From positions 1 to 64,000 of the forward strand of contig NOWV01000115.1 of NCBI GenBank assembly GCA_003344405.1: a stretch of DNA of 64,000 nucleotides. The letters are read 5' to 3'. Source of the DNA: Trichoplax sp. H2. Taxonomy: Eukaryota. Of the stretch, positions 26,251-39,409 are shown piece by piece (positions within the stretch are counted from its first letter, which is position 1; each line of letters begins with the position of its first letter). A program made the position numbers and the translations under genes. Under the pieces are notes generated by a model. It searched no databases. It had not been told where the DNA came from and saw only the letters and a program-made list of their open reading frames with translations.

Positions 26251-29200
26251 AGTAATAGATTAAAGAGTAATAGTGATTTAATCAAGGATAAATTTAGTAA
26301 TGACTCAGCGATATACTCTCTCGTCAATTTCCTTGGAAAAGTGTCGTTCAATGTAAGTTACCGCTATAGCTATATAATATTGCAAGCGGCTTTATTACTA
26401 CTACTCATATTGATTAGATAAATAACGTTACTAAGAAAATTTGTTAGTTATCCTTCTGGAAAAGAGGTCACGGGTTATTTAGCCTATTTACTCTGTTGAT
26501 TGAGAAGCAAACTCTTTTTGTCATTACTCTTACTGAGACAGCAACAATAATTGGATGCCGCAGGTGTTACCGACGACCATTGTTCCACCGGGAATAGGAC
26601 ATAATATTAATGAAAAGGAACTATAGTTAGTTTATCGTCATTCAATAGGGTCTCTAACGTATCGAGAATGATTTATATGGCAAAATCGCTTATTTTGATA
26701 TTCAACAAGGTTATAGTGATAGACTAAGTTCGCAGTGATGGATAGGTTGAATTTTCGGCAACATATCGTTCTTTAATCATCACTTGGACCATGTTTGTTG
26801 TTGGTCTATTTCACGACAAAGTGATGATAGTAAAATACATGACCTATGGGTCTATGAGAATTCTTATTTACTTTAAGAACACGATTTAAACAACGGTATG
26901 CTTAATATAAGTTACAATGTCATGTTGTGTACTTTTTATTTCAAGTAATGACTTTTAAAAAATTCTTATTTACTCAAAGTGCATAAAAAATAATCCAATA
27001 ATAACTGCATCGTTACGGTTAGCTGGTAATAAGGCGCCAAAAAGCATCTAGATTGAATGCTATTTCTTGATTTATAACATTATCTTCAGGTGTTCATTTA
27101 ATAGTATACATTAAAATTAGACTAATTACATTGTTTGATCTAATTTTCGTACCAGAAATAAGAAATAGATTAATTCATTGATCAAATGATATAGATTTTA
27201 TTATCTATTAAGTTAGGTTACAATGAGTCAGTTAGTTAGAAGATACATCTCAAAGCCTACTTCTACTCTTTATCATAGTCGAAAAGTGCAAAGTATCTTT
27301 AGTTTTAGATTAATGGATAATGATTTTCACTGCAGTAAAAAATAAGAAGTACCATAGGACACGAAAGTGGTCTCATGACTGCGTTAAAATTTTAAAAGTT
27401 TGCATACCAAGTACTCATTATCGATCATTAAGCATCGCTATAGTTAGAACTCTATATTTTTGAGCTTAGAAGGAAGAGCTTGCTGTAGGTAAGACTGCAT
27501 AGTTAGGATAGTTTTTTCGGCAATGACAGCGAAATCAAGTGATGTCAAAGCAGACATAACGCACCTTATCGTCCATTTTCATATAATTAATATATAAATA
27601 AGAACAACTTGCGATAAATCAACTTAAAGTTAATCGGAGAAACATTTGCCTTTTAAGAGCTACAGTATCGAATCCTTCCCAACTAATATTAGTCATCAAT
27701 CATTGACAGCCATTGGTCTACTCTTGGCTTGGAATATAATATAAATAGTTCATACTAAAGCGGTCAATACGGACAACTGCTATGATCATATGAAAGCAAT
27801 GCTCTTACCTAGCGGTTGATAAATCTTCAGTTTTATTGTTCTTCAATGGTATGTCTTAATTATAATTTGTAGGTATGCCATTTCTGCTGTATCTCTGTAT
27901 TGTTTGGCATATTATGGAGGATAAATAATAGCTTTAGTAATGGATTCTCCTTTAAATTGTATTTATGAATAATTCATTATTTTATACCCTCAATTGTGTT
28001 TTAGGAATAACTTTTAGAATCTTAATTGCTCAATGGTGGACAACCATTAATGCAATCTTGTTATGACTTTTAATTCGGTCCTAACATCCTGCTACCTATT
28101 GAACTGTTCTATAAGATTTGATACATCTGCTAATAGAAAAGTTGATGACGATTCCATGGAGCCAATTTGAAGCGATGACGTAATTTCTCTATCCTTAATT
28201 GATAATTATAATATACTGCATAATACACACGGAAGTGGGATTTTATGTTTTGGTCAGGATGTCTGAATTGGGTGCATTTCCCCAAAAAGGGTGTATTGAT
28301 AGTTTACGACAATATGAATGAGAGAATACGACCTTACCACGCTTAATGACATGTTTACCATTAATATTGCTAGTCTGATGGAAATTAGGACTATTGAAGT
28401 ATGAAGAGTCACTGGTAATAGTAGAATTTAAAATGCTCTAGTTTACTTCTGTATTGTTAAAATCTGTCTCACTAAATAATTATATACATAAATAAATACG
28501 AATTTAGATCGATGACTGAAGATAATACCTAGTTCAAACTACCACGAAACGGAATATCGTGCTTTGCATAAATGGTCATGTATCATGCTAATAACTGTGC
28601 TACATAAACCCTATAAGCAGACTAGGCACACTTAAAATCTACTGTACTGTAGGCGGTTTAGGAAATCCTTCAATTTAGTACACGGTAACGTAGTACTGTA
28701 TATACATCATTAATTGCTCATGGGCCCTATGCCTACACCATCATCATCATGGTCCGTCCCTGTTAATAAAGATAATCTATTAGAGACAACTTGCCAACAT
28801 GAGTTACTGGTACTTATCAAAATTCTGATGCATACAGAATTAATAATGATAACTATTTGCTCTATTCATCACAACAGCTAAAATTGATTAAAAAAACCCG
28901 TCGACTTAGATTGCTCTCTCTATATTTTAATGCTAACTCGCATAATCGATATGTTTTGGTAAATTCTACAACATTGATCATAGTCCTTAACGAAAATGAT
29001 TTAAATCAATATTCTATACTGTTATCCACTCAAATTTTCAGCGGCAAACTAGTTCTATGAAGTTGAGGGTCAGGAATTGTGATCGAGAGTATCGCGACAG
29101 GTGAGTATTGCGGCATTTTGTTTTAAGATTGGCCTCTGTGTATTGTATACAGATACGTTCAGTTAAAATAACATTACTGGTATATCATGAGAAGGGGCAA

Positions 29201-30719
29201 AAAATACTCTGTCTACTAGTTGGTGCCGTACTTTCTCAAATTTACTTTATTTCCTTGAATTGCATGAGTAGTTGGCTAAAACTGAAGTCAAAAGATTAGA
29301 GTATGATATTTTATCTGTGGCATACTATGCATTGATCCATAATACGCGTATACGGTATACATGCTACGTTGAACACAACATTGTACAATAGCAATGCCAA
29401 TAAGGGTAATCAATGAGAATTCATTTAAAACACTTTTGGAGCAACTTAGTATCTGCGTTAATACTTGGATTCTATAACAAAGACTGCGCCAAAATAAAAA
29501 AATAAAAAATAAAGATGCATCTTTGTGCTTTAATCTTATTCGCTGTCTAAAATAACATAGAAACGAAACAACTAATGCTGATAAAACAACCACTCTAATT
29601 ATTGGTTGATTGTGTCTTTGTTATGCAACTCTGTCCTGAGCAAATATCCTTGTAGTGATATGAATCTACTTCATCATTTTTGTTTTATTTACCGTCATTT
29701 TTAAATGTTCTATGCGATATTTATAGAATTAATCGACAGTATGCTTTATTAAGCGAATTGATTATCATCTTAACATCAGTGAGTCATCACTGATGTATCA
29801 AGAGAATCATTCAAGGTCTATGTACTGTTGTACATACGAATACTTCACTGATTGTTCTTCTCGTGTATCTTCTATCTACTGTATGTCAAGAATGGCTACA
29901 AAAATAAGTACTACGACGTCGCTACCAAAAGTACAGTCAGGGACTTTTAAGACGACTTGTCAAAGACTGTATTCGTCTTCAAAGTCCCTGGTATAGTCAA
30001 GTTGGAGAACAGATCAATTCTAGTGCTTTAGTAGCTGAATCTATTCAGTTGGATAGATGGAAAAGCGAATGCAGTCAGCTATGATAGTGCATTACTGCAT
30101 TGTCAGGTGATGTTACTTTCTATAGCATGGAATCACTTCCGTCAGATTGCCAATTCTACGTCCCGGATGTTATTGCACGGATCACTATGACGTTCAATTG
30201 AAAATAGTCCAATTATTGTAATAGAACTGAATGTTCTATCTTTCAAAGGCCATAAACTCAACTATTCTGAGAATCTTTACGGATAAAAGCCAATACTAAT
30301 GAATCCAAAATCAATCATGGGTATTTAAAATTGCAGAAAATTTCAAGTCCTCGCTGTATTGCGCCGCAAGAGTTGTGTTGATCAACAGCAATCATAGAGT
30401 ATCGATTATAATTATAATTTATTCTCGATCGCTGAATATTGAATATGGGCAAACGATCTCGCTAGGCAGTAGGCATGCAAGATCGGCTAGCAGCAATCTA
30501 GCAAACTATTGAAGAGAAGCTAATCGATTGTAGGCATTTCTCTATCCTGTAACAATCGTTTACACTCCTTGATAACTATTACTAGACGGTATGCAATCCA
30601 TTGGTCTATGTCAATGAGAAGAGTAAACGATGTTGTCGCCATCTTTGTTGTCGATGATTGCCCACTCATCAGTATCAGTATACGAAGGCGGAGGCATTGC
30701 GTGCGTCGCGTTGTACTCT

Positions 30720-31330
30720 ATGAAGTACAGTAAAGTACCGTACAGTAAAACAACTGTCTACAGTATGTGTACTCTAGTCTAGTACAGTACTGTACTGTAG
30801 GAACGAGTTCGTCGTGACTAGGGACGATGACGAGTCGCTATTGGGTCCATTCACGGTCATGATACTGTACCGTACCGTGTCACACCGTACCGTTCCGTAC
30901 CGTACCGTGCATCTCTCCGTGGCGAATAAACAAACACTCAATTCTTCGACAAGGGGCTTGGATTGTCTTGCACAAACTGGTACGGAGAAGTCAACCTTGA
31001 TACAATCGTTCTACGTCCTGCTACGTTGTTTATAAAGAGTGACGACCACATGAACGTCACCCATTCCCTACAGTACAGTACGCCGTCCCGTACAGTGTCT
31101 CGTCTACAGTACAATAGACTGTACACATGGCTTGATTTCTGTACTGTACACTACAGTCATTTTCCAAGTACATACGGATATTGCAGCGAGCGTACCATGG
31201 ATTTGTAAGAGAAATGCGCATTCTAGTCTATGGTCGTATAGTACAATCGCGTCAAAACAATTTACAGTACAATATAGTACTGTACAGTACATTCTAAGGT
31301 ACAGACGTACAGTACTGTACACTTCACTCT
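30720..31330. repeat. Island of TAC(A/T/C)GTA pentamer chains immediately upstream of the CUB-like gene (putative promoter region)
   Basis: About 19 TACNGTA occurrences by manual count in ~600 bp, e.g. agtacagtactgtactgtag and gatactgtaccgtaccgtg. The region is locally GC-richer and ends ~220 bp before the ATG at 31548. Confidence 0.85.
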
Positions 31331-31547
31331 ACCCCAAGTCACTCCGGTCACTAGGACTCACCTCCATATAGGGGTGTACTACACTCCACGGCCACAGTCA
31401 ACATAACATCAGCACGTCAAGCGGCTAACGTGTATTCCTAGGCAAAGATTAGCGAAAAAATCCAAAGCAATCCCAACCAGCAAACTCATTGAATTTAGGC
31501 TAAATTGATTGAATTTTCACAAACGGCTAAGGCATTTCCTAGTCAAT

Positions 31548-34500
31548 ATGGAGTTATTTCTAAGGATTTGCCTATTGCTTGTACTGGGCGTTGCTGGAAT
31601 ATCTTGTAAGTAATATTCATTTCGTAATTTGACATAGTCAAGTTAAAAAATTCATACAATCTTTTAAAATTCACTGCCAAGTTGGTAGCAGTGCAAGCGA
31701 ACCAAAACTCAAACCAATGCCATGTTCAATGGAATAGTTATTATTAAAATGCTATTGATTAATTGAATGTTTTTAATGTTCTATGCCCAAGAACCATTCT
31801 TATTTTACTACGTTTTGACTTGGATTGAGTAGAGAATAGTTGAAACGATAGGGTTCAGTGATGCTTGTAATCTTGTCAAGTTCAAGTGAAAGGGGTCGGG
31901 TCATCTCTCGCTAAACTCTAGTCAGTTTCAGCCTTGCCTCATCTTGACAGTTGTTGGCATGAAATTAAGTTAGATGGCGTAAAATTGCATCAACTAAATT
32001 TATATCATAACATAGCGATAAACAGCCATAGTTGTCGTTTAATGAAGAAATGTTCATTGATGGTAATTAGGCCGATAACCTTCTCAACTTGATCCAATTT
32101 CTTCCATGGTGGTTCGTATGAAAATGAATCGAAGCTTTAAATTGTGTTGACCAAATTCATATCATAACGTACCGATAAAACAGCCGATCGTTGTAAAAGA
32201 AATATTCATTGATGATAAGGGTCTCAACTGGGCCTCTAGCTTTCTCCACTGGATGTAATTTCTTTTCACCAACATTTTCTACAACTCATTACTGTACGTA
32301 CTCGATTCCTAATCTAACGCCAACATGATTTGGGAAATGACTACAACGACTACTGAATACTCTTAACATTGCAACTGTTAGGTCACGTTTAATTTCCAAA
32401 CTAATGTTAATGTTACTATTCAATCTGTGGTAAGTATGATAAGTCTGAATTTTTCATCCAACAGCGATTGGAAACGTAACGGTTGTTACTCCACTTTACA
32501 CTGTACAGCACACTGGTATACAGTACAGTACATGAACGCATAACGGTAGCGCATAGTATACTATGGAGTATGGCATAGAACCGGTGTTTAAGAGGCTAGC
32601 TAATGAACCAGCATAAAAAAATCAAAATTTATAATTAGATGTTATTTTTCACTCAAGCTCATTAGTGATTCGAAAATGCTTTAACGCTGTCAACGAAATT
32701 GACCATTAGCCTTATTCAGTTCACGATATACTGCACTTTACTGTTTTGGTAGTAGATTTTTAATACGGAAACGGATAGCGATAACAGATAGAATTGCTAA
32801 GGGTGACTAGGTACCCGTGCACCGTACACTTTATTAATAATGAAGCCATCCAAGGTTTACCGATCGACTGTAGCAAGGGTAGCTAATCAAGCTCCGTATG
32901 AGCGTCACTAGCGCTATTAAGTAGTCAAGCTAATATCGAGCAGACTATAAAGAAAAGCACAAATCTTGATTTCTCCTGTCTCTCGATTATATCTTGGATA
33001 AGTACTGTAGTAACTTGCCAAGTAATCCAGAATAGAATATGACTAATGATAATTGATTATAATTAATTATTCACTCTATTTTGAGATTAATCTCAAAAGT
33101 TTGTCTACAGTAATCAGGATCATATCTGTGTGCATAAGTTAGATAGTTTCTTTACTCTTTCATCATTGATATCGTATTAATTTTGATGAAATCTTACTAA
33201 CCAGAAATTATTAAGTATTTACATAGGCATTGATATTACTGCTATATGGAAATACGGTAGGCTAATTAAATTTGAGATTAATATTGTACCAGCATGCTGT
33301 GCCACTGGTGCCAAAAACCAAATATTTTTAAGAAAGGTACTATTTTAGAATGCTTGCAAATCTCCGATTCAAGTTTATACGGTACAGTATATCTCGTCGA
33401 TAATGATGTGTAACTATGAGTCGATAAGAGTATAGCACAGTATACGGTCAAGAAATTTCATTTATCATTATTCTGCCACTAGCGCTTTGCAATTAAAACA
33501 GTCTACATTAAAAAATTTTGCAACATGACTCTGTTCTTATCGACGATGAAAACCTCGTATATTCTACAGTGATGGCTTTATTCCGCGAGCGAATATTAAT
33601 TCGACAACTCAATAAGACTTGTTTGTGATTTGCATTAGCCTAATTGTCATAACTACATATTTCTAAAAATTTTACTTTGAATTTGAAGTAACTCAACTAA
33701 AAATTGCGTAAATCTATCGGATGGGTATGTTTAATATTTTATTTGGAAGGAACATGCTACACTTGAGTTCATGGTGGTTTATACATATCCATAAACATCG
33801 TTTACGCAAAGAATAGTAACTGAGTAACTCTCGTGATTATCTGCTAGTAGATATAATGGATTTAAGAGGTGATTTTTCAAAGGGATTGGTTGTAGTGTAA
33901 GTAGTATAGTACAGACGACTAAAGACATAAAGAGAGCTTTGCAATATTTTGACATTTCAGTACTATGATAATAGGGACTTATACGAGTATAAACGTACTA
34001 CTGAGAATCCTAAAATGTAAATTAGCTCACGCACAGTAATGGTAAAGAAACCTCTATAGATTCTCTAAATTTATGCTGAGAATGTAACGGTAGCCATGTT
34101 AATGTCTCAGCGGATGTGACAATATGCCCTATCTCTATGTACGATATTTTTCAATATTTTAACCATAAACTATGGATAGATTCCATCAAAAGCTTTGATA
34201 GTGACGGTAGTAATCGACCTTGTTAAATCTATATTGCTCAAATCATTCCTTAATGCTGACCTAGAGTCCTTTCTGTACTGTACTCTACAAGGGTATAGTA
34301 CATTCGGCAAGGCTACTAGAAAAAGACCAGTAGTAGTCTATGGAAAGCCGTTGCATACACTATGGCACAACCTCCATCGATAGCCATTACGCATCACTCA
34401 ATGATGAAGACAATTTAGGGAAAGAAATGTAATATAAGCTTACTACAAAAAACGCCATTAGTCCAATGTCATTTTAGTAATAATTGTTGGGGAATGTGGT

Positions 34501-37500
34501 TATATTTTTTTGTTATTTGGTACTGCTATTGATACAGCTTTCATGAAGAAAGTAATGACAAAAATAAAACTTTTATATTTGGATATTTTTTCAGCTTTAT
34601 ATTTCACCTTACTTACCATCGTGTTCTTTTCTATTTATAATTGTAGGTCAAATTGTGAACATTTCTCAAAGTAAGTCGACATATTCAGTAGTGGTATATT
34701 TATTTGCAATTGAAAGTTATTTCGACAATCAGCTAGAATAATTCACGTTTTACTGACATTGTCTAATGATGCTTTCGTAGCGTCAGAAATTGATCGGTCT
34801 TTTTATCCATTGTTAGCATATATGCTTTTCTTATAATCGATAACGTCTGTCGTCAGAATAAGTAACATTAATTATTCTATTTTAAATTTCAATTGTTCAA
34901 GTTTAATTGAAATTAGTACCGTATCAACTACAATAGCATAACTGTTAGTTTAGACTTGAGTAATGACTCTGTAGGCTTAACCTATACTATAATTAAATTG
35001 GTTGCCTTGTAGATCTAATCTAATAGTTTCTCGATACGTTTGTAATACTTATTTTTAATAATGTGTATTAGCATTTTATATGCCGATAATAATTTTAATA
35101 GTAGAAACATTAGAATATTTGTTAGTATTTAACGGCTTCATGATTTACTCTTATTGGGTTGATTGAGTAAAGGCAAGCTTGGAGAGACTGTAAACTGGTT
35201 ATTATTTAGTTAAAGTAATAACGTTATAGTTTATATAAATCACTGTCACAACCCATATACTGTGAAAGTATGGAAAGAATTTTCTGTAGTTGCCATCGGT
35301 GCCTTTCTAAATGACAATCCAGTATAATTCGAAAATTTTCCTATGATAAATAGCTCTTCTTGTAGCAGTATGACGTAGTTTAGTTAACTATTGGGCTGTT
35401 ATATATAAACTTTTACTCTTCTGCGATTTATTTTGTCGATTGCAATGGTTAGCGATAATAACTTCATCCAGATTTTCTGTTCGTTTACTTCTAAATTACT
35501 GTACTGTACTTCCGTTAAAGTCTAGTGGATTGAGATGCGAGAGATTAAGCGTAGTTATGTTAATTTAAGGTAACTTACGAGGAACGTGAGTACGCTTATG
35601 CGGACTTATCTAACCTTATGGATTATATCTGTGAAATATTAGTACTGTTTTCAACGTGGATACGCTAAATATGAAATAGTAAATGTAAATTTTTTAGTGA
35701 AGCATTTCACAACTCCTCATAAATTAGGTATTTTATTTAATTAAATTCTATCTCAATTCTGGTTGTACTTTACACTTTACACGATACATGCTGCCATAAC
35801 TTCAGGAAGAGATTGTCGATAATTTTAAATGATTGTTAAATGATGATGCAGATGTGGAGTGGAAAGGTCATGTTACTGTAGGAGTAATAATCGGATACAT
35901 TTACTAATTTGATCAATAGAATGCAATATGATTGGTCCGTTAACTAATTATTACCACAAAGATTCTGATTTGAGTGGAATGATCGAATTGGATGGCAGTC
36001 GTTTCGTTAAACCGTGGTGTTTCTGGTATTTTCAGACAGGGTAAGTAGTATTATCGATTTCTGGTAGCAAAAATTCAAGTAGCCAATTTGTCATGTAATT
36101 GAACGACGGTCTAATATCTGCATATATTGTTTTCAAAAAATAATGAGTATTTTCTGATTGTTCTTGCGCATTTATTAAACCAGGGAAAATATTATGCTGA
36201 CTTTTTACTTGCGTGATCTGAAGTTACCGTCCAATTCATCGTTGGTAATTGCATCGCAAACATCATCTAAATACGTTGTCTATAATAGCTTAAGTAACGG
36301 AATTTCAGAGCCCGTGGAGTCGTTATTTACCAACAAATTTTACGTTAAATTTTACAACAATAACACACATAAATATTACAGCCCTAAATTCAAGCTTCAT
36401 TTTGGTCCTTATTTCGGCAAGTTTCTTAATATTTCTAAATTTACTTACGCTATTAAATTAGGGTGATACTTTTTCAGATCTTATATTATACTATATTGAT
36501 AGAGTGCAAATCTATAGTAGATGTACTTTCGAACTGATGCCTATTACTATAACATTTTTAGATATATAAACTTTATTATTTTTCATTTTGGTGGTTGCTA
36601 TTATTTAATTGTAGGTGATACTTGCTCGCATGCAACAATATTCCAATATTCATCTGGGCGGATTAATAAGGGATATGGTTCTAATTTCCCTTACTGCGGC
36701 TGGACGATCAAGGTGCAGCCAAGTTACGGAATTACAGTCAAGTTTAATAAATCTTCAATGGTCGGCTTTCCTTCGAATACATTTGTTAAATTTGGTGTAA
36801 CCATCCCTATCGGTAAATTTGATCGCAATGGATTGAATTAATACCAAATATATAATTCATTTTATAGTTACATAAATTCTGTAAATGCGTATTTGTAAGG
36901 CTAATCTCATTCGATGCAAATTATGCAATTACGAGTTTAACATGATGGTGCAATCAATATTGCAAGTCTTTGTAGATACCGTAGCTTATAAAGGTTTAAG
37001 CTTAATTCTGAAAATTATTTCATGTTAAAGATGTTTAATTAGTGTGGCTATTATTCCTTACAGATCTAAAGAAGTACGTCAATTATTTTGGCTCTGGTGA
37101 TAGCATGCCTTATAACTTGAGTACGATATCTAACGTCGTTTGGATAGCTATTACGAAATCGAACGGCATGCCGCCGCTAAGGAATACTACTCTTGCCTTC
37201 AGCTGGTTTTCAAAGCCTAAAACAAGTAAGTCAATCATTATTGATGCAGTTGAATTCTATTGACGTATGTCTGCGTTATAAAGAAAATCTTATAGGAAGA
37301 TATATAATACCAGTTATGTTTGCTTAGGTTGGAGATTATAATGCATTTTACCTAGAGTATTATTTTTTCATTTCTGACAGATATGACAAGTTATCCATCG
37401 TATATGGATCATCATGCAAATTTTGGTAAGTTGCAAAGAAAATGCATAAAACTGATATAATTACATACTGATGTTGTTAATAAAATGTATCGGCGCAATG

Positions 37501-38075
37501 ATTTTAGATCACCCCACTACTGTGGCAAATTGGGGTACTGTTATGAGTACCACAACTCCCAAGAACAACAATCATTCTACAACATACTTTAGTTGGACTG
37601 TTTCTTTCGGATTATGTTTCGCTTCTTTCTTTCTTGTTATAACCGTCGTTTCATGGTATATTCGACAGCGGCGACTACAAGCTTTACAACAAAGTTCTAT
37701 ATCTTCGCGTCGTTTTTCTCGTGATCCGGTGTCTATGTCACGTCCTCCATCGACTGTAAATGAAGTAACAGGTAATTACGATCTATACAATATTTATCAC
37801 TAAAACCTAAAGTATACCATTAATTTATTCAGCTATACTATTGATAATGGTAACAGGTTAAAATAAATGGATGTAATAACTTATTTTATAATCTTTGTTG
37901 TATAGTTCCGCCGTCATATGAGGATTGCGTTCAAGCTAGAGGTGGCGCTTCAAAAGATCAGATAACTGGTGATGAGGCCTTGCCTGATTATACAAACGTT
38001 TCAAATAATAATGAATCTACGGAACCTCCTTCGCCTACTACGACGAATGAAGGCAATAGTAATGAACTTGTATGA
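31548..38075 (+). CDS. Type I single-pass membrane protein: signal peptide, two divergent CUB-like domains, Thr-rich stalk, TM helix, and a cytoplasmic tail with PPSY and LPDY motifs (9 coding exons)
   Basis: Phase-consistent exons: 31548-31605 (MELFLRICLLLVLGVAGIS), 34647-34670 (CQIVNISQ), 35962-36040 (SGMIELDG..PWCFWYFQT), 36184-36416, 36615-36812 (TCSHATIFQYSSGRI..YCGWTIKVQPSYGITVKF), 37064-37225 (STISNVVWIAI), 37381-37425, 37508-37771 (TM WTVSFGLCFASFFLVITVVSWYI-RQRR), 37906-38075 (VPPSYEDC..LPDYT..ELV*). CxWxI...I.v.F and S.SN.vwi are CUB-like patterns. The first two exons are less certain than the rest. Confidence 0.78.
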
Positions 38076-39409
38076 TAATTTGCTACAAAAAATGAGGATA
38101 ATGAAATACTTCTGCTAGGAATCTACTTTTTTAAATTATGTATTAATATTATTAGAATAATTGGATTGTGAACTATACAAACTTCATTCGAGTAGCTATG
38201 AACTTGATGAGACATACTAATAAGGGTATACTGTTCAACTTATACTGCTTGCATTATGTCTATTGTATTATGACGAAAACTGCCGACATTCTTGTCCGAG
38301 ATAATTTATACAATTTAAAACATTCGAGTTTAAAATGATTATTATTGTAGTGCGTGATGCCGTTGCTCGGTTTACTGTAATGTATAAAATCACTATCACT
38401 CATCGTTATTTAATATTTTAAGAATCTACTATTAACCGTATTTTAATATAGCCAAATCTGAAATATTAACTGGTACAGCGAATTTCTTTACTAGCTGCAT
38501 ATGGTTATTGTAATGTATAATGGTCGATCAAACTCTTTTATTTCTTAATTCATCTAGATGACAAAATACTTAGAATGCGTCCCTTATGATATTTATTCTA
38601 GTCCAGCTTATTATCATAGTTTTACTTCTTACGGCGACTAGTCTTCTGTCATTATGAATGAAATTCGAAATTTCATTTACTTTTATCTTTATGAAGCGAT
38701 TCAACTTCTAATTTATACAATTATAGATATTATGATTATCAATTAAAGATAGTAAATACGAATAAATTGACTACTATGAGACTTATTGTAAATGAATGTA
38801 CATGTTATTGAGATTACTCGTATAGAGCATAACGAAATTAGAGATAGTTAATGATTACTCATGAAACTGACTAGCCTAGTCACGATGGATTAGATGCTGA
38901 TTAAGTAATTATTAGCAGAATATGAAATGTTGTAACTATATTATCAGATACTACCATTACGTAATTTACACGTGACTTTCAATCACGTTGGTTACTTTTA
39001 TGGTTAATTCTATATTGGTCTTTGGCTTCATTAGAAATTACGGTAGTTTGCGTCCCTATGAGTGGAGATTTACGGGATTTATTTACAATAGCATAAGGCA
39101 GGTTAGCGCTTAGACCAACTGTATGATAACTATTTGACAAGTTGTTCTGTATAAGAACGTATAAAATAAGTGTAAATTAAATTAATTTATGTCACATTTA
39201 GCTTTTTTATGTTGTAGTATTAGTCATCTACAATTGCTATGTTAACAGGCATATTTACATTGCTAAACTCAAACCGACGCCCTAAAGTATTAAGCGTAAT
39301 CACTGTTGATTGATTTATAAGGAATACTCCGCTAGTTTATTACTGCAATCAGTATGATAGCGAATCTCCTATCTATAATTTTTGTACCGCTATTCATAGT
39401 GCATATAGG

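Noticed and set aside
27780-28290. Exon-like fragments on + (ITFRILIAQWWTTINAILL*, IPWSQFEAM, KWDFMFWSGCLNWVHF)
   Set aside because: They could not be joined into an open frame or assigned to a family; they are possibly a decayed gene but unsupported.
30720-31330. CRISPR-like or satellite array interpretation of the repeats
   Set aside because: There is no constant-length repeat/spacer structure, the units are 5-7 bp in mixed orientation, and the context is eukaryotic.
30814-31371. Overlapping short ORFs rich in Y/S/T/V/Q/C (also 52543-53554)
   Set aside because: These are translation artefacts of the TACAGTA/TACTGTA pentamer chains, which lack stops in several frames. There are no protein features.
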